Origin: a virus
Lineage: Duplodnaviria > Heunggongvirae > Uroviricota > Caudoviricetes
DNA: 6,592 nucleotides
Virus record (IMG/VR): IMGVR_UViG_2547132273_000014
Location: 1 to 6,592 of that record
Direction: 5' to 3' (one strand)
Position numbers and translations under genes: made by a program. Shown one piece after another: positions 1 to 5,195 of the stretch. Each line of letters begins with the position of its first letter. Positions within the stretch are counted from its first letter, which is position 1. The notes under the pieces were generated by a model. The model made no database searches, was not told the origin of the DNA, and saw only the letters and a program-made list of their open reading frames with translations.

Positions 1-156
1 TTCGGTATCGATATGAACACCGACCACACGCTGGAAGAAGTGGGTAAACAGTTCGACGTTACCCGTGAACGTATCCGTCAGATCGAAGCGAAGGCGCTGC
101 GTAAACTGCGTCACCCGAGCCGTTCTGAAGTACTGCGTAGCTTCCTGGACGATTAA
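1..156 (+). CDS. rpoD: RNA polymerase sigma-70 factor, C-terminal end (5'-partial, truncated by window start)
   Basis: Frame 1 translates to [51 protein letters not shown], which I recognise as the region 4 C-terminus of E. coli sigma-70. TAA stop at 154-156, followed by hairpins and a T-run. Confidence 0.93.
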   Translation, partial: FGIDMNTDHTLEEVGKQFDVTRERIRQIEAKALRKLRHPSRSEVLRSFLDD

Positions 157-209
157 TCGGTAGGCCGGATCAGGCGTTACACCACATCCGGCACTTTTCC
201 CTTTGCACA

Positions 210-236
210 AACGCCACCTTTTCGGTGGCGTTTTTT
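210..236. terminator. Rho-independent terminator shared by convergent rpoD and mug
   Basis: GC-rich stem AACGCCACC (210-218) / GGTGGCGTT (224-232) with 5-nt loop, then T6 (231-236) on the plus strand; the complementary A/T run gives a weaker U-tract on the minus strand just after the mug stop (235-237). A second hairpin (GCCGGAT 164-170 / ATCCGGC 186-192) lies upstream. Confidence 0.7.
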
Positions 237-741
237 ATCGCCCACGCACTACCAGCGCCTGGTCCAGTTCCCGATACGCCTCAACCAGTTTCTCCAGTGA
301 AACGCGACTTAAACCGCTGGGATTTGGCAGTACCCAAATCTGCGTCGAACCAATAGTGAGCGTTTGCTTCCCCCACTGTGCACCGCGTTGGCTGAATCCT
401 TGCTCAAACGCCTGTTTGCCCAGAATTGCCAACGCTTGTGGTTGGTAATCTTCAATTTTTTCAATCAGCTTACGCCCGCCTGCGTGCAGCTCCTGCTTTG
501 AAACTTCATTGGCTTGCACTGTTGGACGGTCTACAAGTTTGGTGACACCACAACGATAATCCAGCAGATGCTGTGCCTCCTGCGGCTTCAACTGACGGTC
601 GGTAAACCCAGCCTGATATATCACCTTCCAGAAGCGATTTGCCGGATGAGCAAAGGGAAAACCAGTTCCGGCGGATGAAAGACCAGGATTGATACCGCAA
701 AACACAACCCGTAACCCTGGAGCCAAAATATCCTCAACCAT
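235..741 (-). CDS. mug: G/U mismatch-specific DNA glycosylase (Mug)
   Basis: 168-aa [43 protein letters not shown]... matches my recollection of E. coli Mug in length and sequence; it sits convergent to rpoD, as in the E. coli chromosome. Confidence 0.9.
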   Translation of the reverse strand: MVEDILAPGLRVVFCGINPGLSSAGTGFPFAHPANRFWKVIYQAGFTDRQLKPQEAQHLLDYRCGVTKLVDRPTVQANEVSKQELHAGGRKLIEKIEDYQPQALAILGKQAFEQGFSQRGAQWGKQTLTIGSTQIWVLPNPSGLSRVSLEKLVEAYRELDQALVVRGR

Positions 742-827
742 ATTTACTCCTTTCTAACATCACCAGGAAAAGTATAACGGATTGAAAATACATTGTTTAT
801 AAAAACAGCAGGCGAGCGGTAATGGCT

Positions 828-855
828 GGATTGCGACACGGAGTTACTTTATAAT
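828..855 (+). promoter_or_regulatory. Candidate sigma-70 promoter for the tRNA gene (consensus -10 TATAAT, weak -35)
   Basis: Perfect TATAAT at 850-855, about 10 nt before the tRNA 5' end at 866. The best -35 candidate is TGGATT (828-833, 16-bp spacer); a better hexamer TTGCGA (832-837) has only a 12-bp spacer. The -35 assignment is uncertain. Confidence 0.4.
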
Positions 856-865
856 CCGCTACCAT

Positions 866-941
866 GGCCCCTTAGCTCAGTGGTTAGAGCAGGCGACTCA
901 TAATCGCTTGGTCGTTGGTTCAAACCCAACAGGGGCCACCA
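866..941 (+). tRNA. ileX: tRNA with CAU anticodon; by genomic position (downstream of rpoD-mug) the minor isoleucine tRNA (lysidine-modified)
   Basis: 76-nt cloverleaf: acceptor GGCCCCT/AGGGGCC, D-stem GCTC/GAGC, anticodon stem GGCGA/TCGCT with loop CTCATAA (anticodon CAT), T-stem GTTGG/CCAAC, discriminator A and encoded CCA (939-941). Isoacceptor identity (Ile2 versus Met) is inferred from context, not from the sequence alone. Confidence 0.85.
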
Positions 942-949
942 TATCTATC

Positions 950-986
950 AAGGGGTTACGTTAACAGCGTGACCCCTTCGTTTTTT
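950..986 (+). terminator. Rho-independent terminator following the tRNA
   Basis: Stem 950-960 pairs with 968-978 (AAGGGGTTACG / CGTGACCCCTT, one G-U pair), 7-nt loop, then CG + T6 at 981-986. Confidence 0.55.
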
Positions 987-987
987 C

Positions 988-1007
988 TAGGATACCTATA
1001 GGATACC
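988..1007. repeat. Tandem direct repeat TAGGATACC-TA-TAGGATACC (11-bp period)
   Basis: Exact 9-mer at 988-996 and 999-1007, immediately after the tRNA terminator. Candidate recombinase or arm-type binding site at the island boundary; function not established. Confidence 0.45.
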
Positions 1008-1266
1008 GTGACAGAGTATAAGCAGGTATAAAAACAACAAGTTACGCAACATCATACCTGTCATGAAACTTTAACTATCCGACATGATAGCTGGTCGATG
1101 ATCACGGATAATCCGTTATGTGGATCCCCATATCGGCATCAGGCCCACCAGCGTGAAGCGTTTTTCATTTTTCGCGGGTATAAAAAATCGATGGGGCTGG
1201 CAGTCCGGAAGACGTCAGGGTACAGAGATTTGACCCGCCCCTCCCTGTGCATGGGCACAATAAGTA

Positions 1267-1292
1267 ACCGAAGGCGGAATTCCGCCCTCGGT
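1267..1292. promoter_or_regulatory. 26-bp near-perfect palindrome (core GGCGGAATTCCGCC)
   Basis: ACCGAAGGCGGAATTCCGCCCTCGGT; 14-bp perfect core at 1273-1286, arms extend to 13 bp with one mismatched pair (1272/1287). No adjacent U-tract on either strand, so it is not an intrinsic terminator. Confidence 0.4.
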
Positions 1293-1326
1293 ACTCACAT
1301 ATGAGAAACGATATTTCTTCCTCTGA

Positions 1327-1397
1327 TACCCAAAATATGGGTATCACAAGTAACCCCCAAAATCTGGGTGTTGCTCTTACTACCCAAACTACGGGTA
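1327..1397. promoter_or_regulatory. Array of three 17-bp palindromic operator-like sites (YACCC-N7-GGGTR) at an exact 27-bp period
   Basis: TACCCAAAATATGGGTA (1327-1343), CCCCCAAAATCTGGGTG (1354-1370), TACCCAAACTACGGGTA (1381-1397). The centre-to-centre spacing is 27 bp twice and the spacers are A/T-rich. Confidence 0.5.
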
Positions 1398-1417
1398 GTT
1401 TCCGTAATTTCATGGTC

Positions 1418-1464
1418 GAGTTGCAGATCTGCAACTCACCCACCAGCCAACGCAATTTTGCGTT
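1418..1464. promoter_or_regulatory. 20-bp perfect palindrome GAGTTGCAGATCTGCAACTC (1418-1437) plus 7-2-7 inverted repeat AACGCAA-TT-TTGCGTT (1449-1464)
   Basis: Both are exact in the sequence and lie 20-65 bp downstream of the stop of the 126-aa minus-strand ORF. Neither is followed by a U-tract. Confidence 0.45.
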
Positions 1465-1482
1465 ATCGGGAATATCAGCAAG

Positions 1483-1863
1483 TTACCGCCGCAGCCGTTC
1501 CGGCTTCTTCCACTGGTAAGTATTTTTCGCGCTCTCCCTCCGTTGTTGAGAACGGCGACGGTATGCCAGCAACTCAAGGACTCTGGTTCGTATGTTGCAC
1601 ATATCCACGCCGTTAAGCTCAATACCATCACGGCGCATCACCTCAGCAACAACACGCGCGTAATTTTCGGCTATCACGCTGTCCGGCTGCGTGGCCTCCT
1701 GTTCGCCAGCCTGCTGGCTGATTCCGGTAATACTGCGGATTATCCCGAGCGCTTCGGTCTCGGTCATGGTCATGGTCATGGCCTCCATAGTGATGGCGGG
1801 TCCTCCTTGTGGGGTGCCCTGCCACGGGGCGGGAGCATCGCGGAAAAAGGCTAGTTTTTGCAT
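1483..1863 (-). CDS. Hypothetical protein downstream of the small terminase gene (start uncertain, likely internal at about 1773-1788)
   Basis: 126-aa ORF in the same orientation as the packaging genes, with a basic C-terminus. The first ATG (1863) lacks an RBS. A GGAGG at 1783-1787 precedes three tandem in-frame ATGs formed by (ATGACC)x3 at 1762-1779; the ATG at 1771-1773 has the best spacing (8 nt). I recognise no protein family. Confidence 0.4.
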   Translation of the reverse strand: MQKLAFFRDAPAPWQGTPQGGPAITMEAMTMTMTETEALGIIRSITGISQQAGEQEATQPDSVIAENYARVVAEVMRRDGIELNGVDMCNIRTRVLELLAYRRRSQQRRESAKNTYQWKKPERLRR

Positions 1864-2024
1864 TTTTATTCGTCATCACCACCAATGCAATATATTGATA
1901 TGACTTGATGTTTTATTTTTCGGTGTCGATTTCGATTGTTTTTTGTTCATCACTGACGCATAACGCCCACCAGCGCAACGCTGAAAGCCAGTCAGTAAAC
2001 TGGCTTCGGTCATTGTGCACTACG

Positions 2025-2567
2025 TTACTTGTCTTTATCCGGCTGAAACTTATCAGGCACATTTCCGGTAGTTTCCATCAGATAATCGGACAGCATTCGC
2101 GGGATGTTTTCATCAAGTTTTGTGCATGCGTTACAGGCTCTGACAACTTCTTTTTTCAGGCCATCCAGCATGACGGGGGTCATCTGTGGGAAGCTCCTTT
2201 GCATAGTAAGCGGGAGGCTGTCCATGATTGATGAAATCTGACTCGCCAGTTTTGAAAGCGCGTACATGCAAAACTCTGTATCAATCACGTCACCGCGATC
2301 GCGCTCGTTTTTAAGTTCCTGCGCCTCCGCCTGTGCTGTCAGTAATCTGATCCTGACTCGTAAGAGTTCATCATCATCAATCTCGCCTTTGTCGTTTGTA
2401 AGCTGGCTAATTGCATTGTTAACCCTATTGTCTATCACGCTGGCAACATCATAAAACGCCTCACGGCCTTTACGTTCAACGGGAGTCACTCCCCACTTGT
2501 CGAATGCTGTAGCACTTACCCGGCAGCTTTGCGCCATGGTTTTTTTGTTCATCAGGTGCGATTTCAT
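2025..2567 (-). CDS. Phage lambda Nu1-like terminase small subunit (TerS)
   Basis: The translation aligns along its whole length with lambda gpNu1 as I recall it, for example RLLTAQAEAQELKNERDRGDVIDTEFCMYALSKLASQISSIMDSLPLTMQRSFPQ against lambda RLTRAQADAQELKNARDSAEVVETAFCTFVLSRIAGEIASILDGLPLSVQRRFPE, and C-terminal DENIPRMLSDYLMETTG against DELIPGLLSEYIEQSG. The N-terminal segment MNKKTMAQSCRVSATAFDKWGV is more divergent. It lies immediately downstream of a cos site, as in lambda. The ORF-track start at 2570 is TTG; ATG starts are at 2567 and 2552. Confidence 0.85.
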   Translation of the reverse strand: MKSHLMNKKTMAQSCRVSATAFDKWGVTPVERKGREAFYDVASVIDNRVNNAISQLTNDKGEIDDDELLRVRIRLLTAQAEAQELKNERDRGDVIDTEFCMYALSKLASQISSIMDSLPLTMQRSFPQMTPVMLDGLKKEVVRACNACTKLDENIPRMLSDYLMETTGNVPDKFQPDKDK

Positions 2568-2574
2568 CAATATC

Positions 2575-2745
2575 CCAACTTGGTCAAGGTTTCAGGTTGG
2601 TGTGTTGGTGTTATCTTTCCCTTTTTATTCATGGAGATAGAGCAAACAACAAAACCACCACCACCACCCTGAAAAAGCTCATAAATAGCGAAAAACCGCG
2701 AGGTCGCCGCCCCGTAGCCTACCGGATCGCCGGAAAGGACCCGCC
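2575..2745 (-). other. Lambda-type cos site: cosQ-like and cosN (12-nt cohesive end GGGCGGCGACCT, 2701-2712) with a divergent cosB-like region toward the TerS start
   Basis: The minus strand reads GGGTCCTTTCCGGCGATCCGGTAGGCTACG-GGGCGGCGACCT-CGCGGTTTTTCGCTATTTATGA, which is almost base-for-base the lambda right-end/cos/left-end sequence as I recall it (lambda: ...GGGTCCTTTCCGGTGATCCGACAGGTTACG GGGCGGCGACCT CGCGGGTTTTCGCTATTTATGA). The 130 bp between cosN and the TerS start do not resemble lambda cosB. Confidence 0.8.
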
Positions 2746-2768
2746 AGCCAGAACGGGCCCTAATTTCA

Positions 2769-3152
2769 TCAACCAATCAACTTATAGCGACCATCCCGTG
2801 CATTGCGACGTACACGCTCAATCTTGAGGCATAGCGCCGCATCTGGCTTTTTTGGGACAGGTACGCGGCAATATTCAGAAGCTCGAGGAATATTGTTTAT
2901 CCAGTCGATCACTTCACTTAAATACCAGGCCTTACGCCCTTCCGTAACCTGTACGCGCTCGGGGAACTCTCCGCGAGCCTCAAGGTTTAGCAATGTGCGA
3001 CGGCTAAGGGTAGTAAGTTCCATCACCTGATTCATATCAACAAGGCGTTCACTTAAACGCATTTTGTCAGCAATAGCCTTTAATTCCTCTACTGCTGGAT
3101 CCGGATACATCATTTCGGCAATTGGCTTAAGGTCATTGTAATGATTCTGCAT
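2769..3152 (-). CDS. 127-aa DNA-binding protein with an AlpA/Vis/excisionase-type winged HTH (MerR superfamily), flanked by N- and C-terminal extensions
   Basis: Central motif MELTTLSRRTLLNLEARGEFPERVQVTEGRKAWYLSEVIDWI fits the AlpA/Vis-family pattern (L-x-x-LSR-x-T-L...G-x-FP-x-x-V...GR-x-A-W...E-V-x-x-WI). Strong RBS AGGGGG 5 nt upstream of the ATG at 3150-3152. The stop at 2769-2771 is about 25 bp before cosQ. Confidence 0.65.
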   Translation of the reverse strand: MQNHYNDLKPIAEMMYPDPAVEELKAIADKMRLSERLVDMNQVMELTTLSRRTLLNLEARGEFPERVQVTEGRKAWYLSEVIDWINNIPRASEYCRVPVPKKPDAALCLKIERVRRNARDGRYKLIG

Positions 3153-3163
3153 TGTATCCCCCT

Positions 3164-3505
3164 TTACACACGAGCCAGCGGCTGAACAGAAATACCTGAG
3201 CCAACAAACGCGGCAACCTTTGCCGACAGTTCTTTTACAGACTCAGGCCAGTTCAGAGCATCAACATTTAAAACACCTGTCTTATAAACCTGTGCCTGTG
3301 TTTTTTTCGCTGTGTCGATTTGTACAGCGGAAACATAAACCGCTTTGCCTGCGCTCGTTCCATCCCATACCACTAGCGCACCAGTTGCATCTTCCTGCAT
3401 CAGTGGCGTAAACGCAGGTATTACCCCTTTATTGGCTGAAAATATCCCCAGCGTAGTAACCAGTGCTTCAGTGCCAGACATGAGTTCAGTGTAATGAGTA
3501 GCCAT
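3164..3505 (-). CDS. Lambda gpD-like head decoration protein
   Basis: 113 aa, against lambda gpD at about 110 aa. Shared motifs with lambda D as I recall it: [27 protein letters not shown] against [42 protein letters not shown] against [25 protein letters not shown] against TAFAGTAISIV. RBS AAGGGGGAG overlaps the upstream stop. Confidence 0.82.
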   Translation of the reverse strand: [113 protein letters not shown]

Positions 3506-3514
3506 TGCTCCCCC

Positions 3515-4561
3515 TTAGCCAATGCGAACGGTAACAAAACGATTGATGCGGGCCGGTATTGGCTGTGGTGCTGAATGTGTCTGCACATATTCAATAGCCG
3601 GATCACCAGGCACAATATAGTTTTTCGGTGCAAGTTCGGCTTTAGTCAGCCCCATCCGAATTAGCTCCGGATCCTGAATACCGCCATAAGCGACAATCCC
3701 CTGAAGAGCCGTATTGCCAAGCACCATCAAATCAGGATCAAGGAAATATTTTTCAGTTCCGTCCTCGTCGGTATAACGCCCGCTGTAAACAACAATCGCA
3801 ACATCGCCCATATACCCTTTAAAACTCACCGAATCACCAAGGTCTTTAAGGGCCGTTTCCAGTTCGGAATTAGAACCTCGACGGGTATCCAGAGCCTCTT
3901 TTACAGCTCTGAATGAGCGGTATTTTTTCCATACATTGCCGCCCATAATAATGATATTAGTGACTCCCTCACTAAATTCTGCGTAGCTCTCAATATCATC
4001 ATTTGGATCAAAAGATCCTTTATCCTTACCTGACCACTCAGCACCGCCAGACTGAGTGATGATATTTTGTGGTTTAATATTCCAGTCCAGTTCATAACGT
4101 TCAATACCATCGCCCTCAATGATATTTTTCCCCGTTGTGATTGCCTGAACAGCAAGCCATTCAATACGTGCACGTATAGCTTTAGCCTGATTTACAATCG
4201 CCTGTTTAACTTTAATATTACGCGCCCCAAAAGCATTGTATTGTTCAGGTGATACACCAGCAGGGCGCACAGCTAACTTATTTGGATCAATGCTGCTTTT
4301 CGGTTTCATATAGCCAGGGCGAATTGTTTTTGATTCGTATCCCTCATCTCGTGAAACTTTACTGCCCACCATAGGAGAGCAAAACGCCGCGATCGGGATA
4401 TTTGGATCGTCGATCGTATCAAGAATAATGTCTCTCGATTCAAACATTACCGAGCGAGTGAAAAACAAACTGGTAAACAACGCATTTAATTTTTTTTGCA
4501 CATCTTCAGCATTAGCCACCTGCACAAGCTGTGTAGGCGAATATAAATCAACCATACTCAT
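3515..4561 (-). CDS. Lambda gpE-like major capsid protein
   Basis: From the internal start MSMVDLYSPTQL... (ATG at 4559-4561; alternative ATG at 4553-4555) the product is 348 aa, against lambda gpE at 341 aa, and aligns throughout with lambda E as I recall it: ITQSGGAEWSGKDKGSFDPNDDIESYA against ITQSGGTEWSKRDKSTYDPTDDIEAYA; LDTRRGSNSELETALKDLGDSVSFKGYMGDVAIVVYSG against LDTRRGSNSELETAVKDLGKAVSYKGMYGDVAIVVYSG; MVLGNT...YGGIQD against MVLGNT...YGCIQD. The ORF-track N-terminal 27 aa (MHLVACIR...) are probably not translated. Confidence 0.88.
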   Translation of the reverse strand: MSMVDLYSPTQLVQVANAEDVQKKLNALFTSLFFTRSVMFESRDIILDTIDDPNIPIAAFCSPMVGSKVSRDEGYESKTIRPGYMKPKSSIDPNKLAVRPAGVSPEQYNAFGARNIKVKQAIVNQAKAIRARIEWLAVQAITTGKNIIEGDGIERYELDWNIKPQNIITQSGGAEWSGKDKGSFDPNDDIESYAEFSEGVTNIIIMGGNVWKKYRSFRAVKEALDTRRGSNSELETALKDLGDSVSFKGYMGDVAIVVYSGRYTDEDGTEKYFLDPDLMVLGNTALQGIVAYGGIQDPELIRMGLTKAELAPKNYIVPGDPAIEYVQTHSAPQPIPARINRFVTVRIG

Positions 4562-4726
4562 CCTCTTTACATTCATTACAAATAATTGTGAATATATTCT
4601 ATTACCGATGTCTGCTATGCGAATACATGCAACCAAGTGCAATGTTGTATAAAATCTGCCGTGACAACTTCAGTGCTGATAATTCGTGTTAATGTATTTA
4701 CTTCCTTTGGTCGGGATTTATGTAGC

Positions 4727-4761
4727 ATGCCGGAAAATCTATTTTCTTCCGGCATTTTTTT
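4727..4761 (+). terminator. Plus-strand-oriented intrinsic-terminator-like hairpin in the SSB/capsid intergenic region
   Basis: 9-bp stem ATGCCGGAA (4727-4735) / TTCCGGCAT (4747-4755), 11-nt loop, then T6 (4756-4761). On the minus strand the run is A-rich before the stem, so it is not a terminator for the flanking minus-strand genes. Confidence 0.4.
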
Positions 4762-4772
4762 ATTTGCAGAAT

Positions 4773-5195
4773 TTAAAACGGTATATTATCGCCGTACGGA
4801 TCATCATTCCCCGACTGTTGTTTTGCCCTGTTCAGTGCGTCAGTAGCCTGGCCCTGTTGACCTTTTTTGCCGCCCGGTCGCGCCGTTCTGGCACTGATTA
4901 CACTGTCTGCGATAACCTGCCAGCCCTGCCGCGTTTCGCCGTTCTGGCCTGTCCACTGGCTTACCTGCATGTTACCCGCCACGCTCACCAGTTCGCCTTT
5001 GTGGTGTTTTGCCAGTGCGTCGGCCTGTCTGCCAAACGCCAGGACGGATAACCACATCGTCGCCGTTCCGTCATCTGCCTGGCTGCACGGAAGTGGGACC
5101 GCCATACTCGCCATCGTCATTTGTGTACCCTTGCTGGTGGTCTTTAACTGCGGGTCAGCCACCAGCCGCCCGTAAGCCGCTATCTGTGCTGTCAT
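4773..5195 (-). CDS. Single-stranded DNA-binding protein (SSB)-like, with acidic C-terminal ...DNIPF tail
   Basis: 140 aa. The OB-fold region resembles E. coli SSB as I recall it: IAAYGRLVADPQLKTT against VILVGNLGQDPEVRYM; MWLSVLAFGRQADALAKHHKGELVSVAGNMQVSQWTGQNGETRQ against [45 protein letters not shown]. A Gly/Gln-rich linker leads to a terminal DDPYGDNIPF, compared with SSB DDDIPF. The start ATG overlaps the stop of the upstream ORF (ATGA). Confidence 0.72.
   Translation of the reverse strand: MTAQIAAYGRLVADPQLKTTSKGTQMTMASMAVPLPCSQADDGTATMWLSVLAFGRQADALAKHHKGELVSVAGNMQVSQWTGQNGETRQGWQVIADSVISARTARPGGKKGQQGQATDALNRAKQQSGNDDPYGDNIPF

Noticed and set aside
164-192. Hairpin GCCGGAT...ATCCGGC after rpoD as a REP element or independent feature
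   Set aside because: A single imperfect stem with a 15-nt loop next to the main terminator; insufficient to call a REP/BIME element, and more simply part of the rpoD 3' UTR structure.
203-448. 81-aa plus-strand ORF overlapping the rpoD terminator and the 3' half of mug
   Set aside because: It is antisense to the well-supported mug gene, begins inside the terminator hairpin, and has no RBS or recognisable product; a shadow ORF.
506-700. 64-aa minus-strand ORF nested inside mug in another frame
   Set aside because: An alternative-frame ORF entirely within a conserved gene, with no independent support.
1098-1455. Small ORFs in the palindrome-rich non-coding region (1098-1304 plus strand, 1165-1455 minus strand, 1301-1519 plus strand)
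   Set aside because: No RBS, no recognisable product, and they read through the palindromes (both strands give ...ELQICNS... from the same 20-bp palindrome), which is typical of chance ORFs across symmetric DNA. The region is better explained as regulatory or structural.
1905-2454. Plus-strand ORFs 1905-2231 and 2266-2454 opposite the TerS gene
   Set aside because: Antisense to an ORF with strong Nu1 homology, with low-complexity translations; shadow ORFs.
2567-2827. Minus-strand ORF 2567-2776 and plus-strand ORF 2597-2827 across the cos region
   Set aside because: They span cosB, cosN and cosQ, whose nucleotide sequence is conserved with lambda as DNA signal, and the Gly-rich or Thr-rich translations derive from the simple GGT/CCA repeats; not coding.
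4562-4642. 27-aa N-terminal extension of the capsid ORF (MHLVACIRIADIGN...)
   Set aside because: Homology to lambda gpE begins at the internal MSM start, and the extension lies in the intergenic region; the true start is at 4559-4561 (or 4553-4555).
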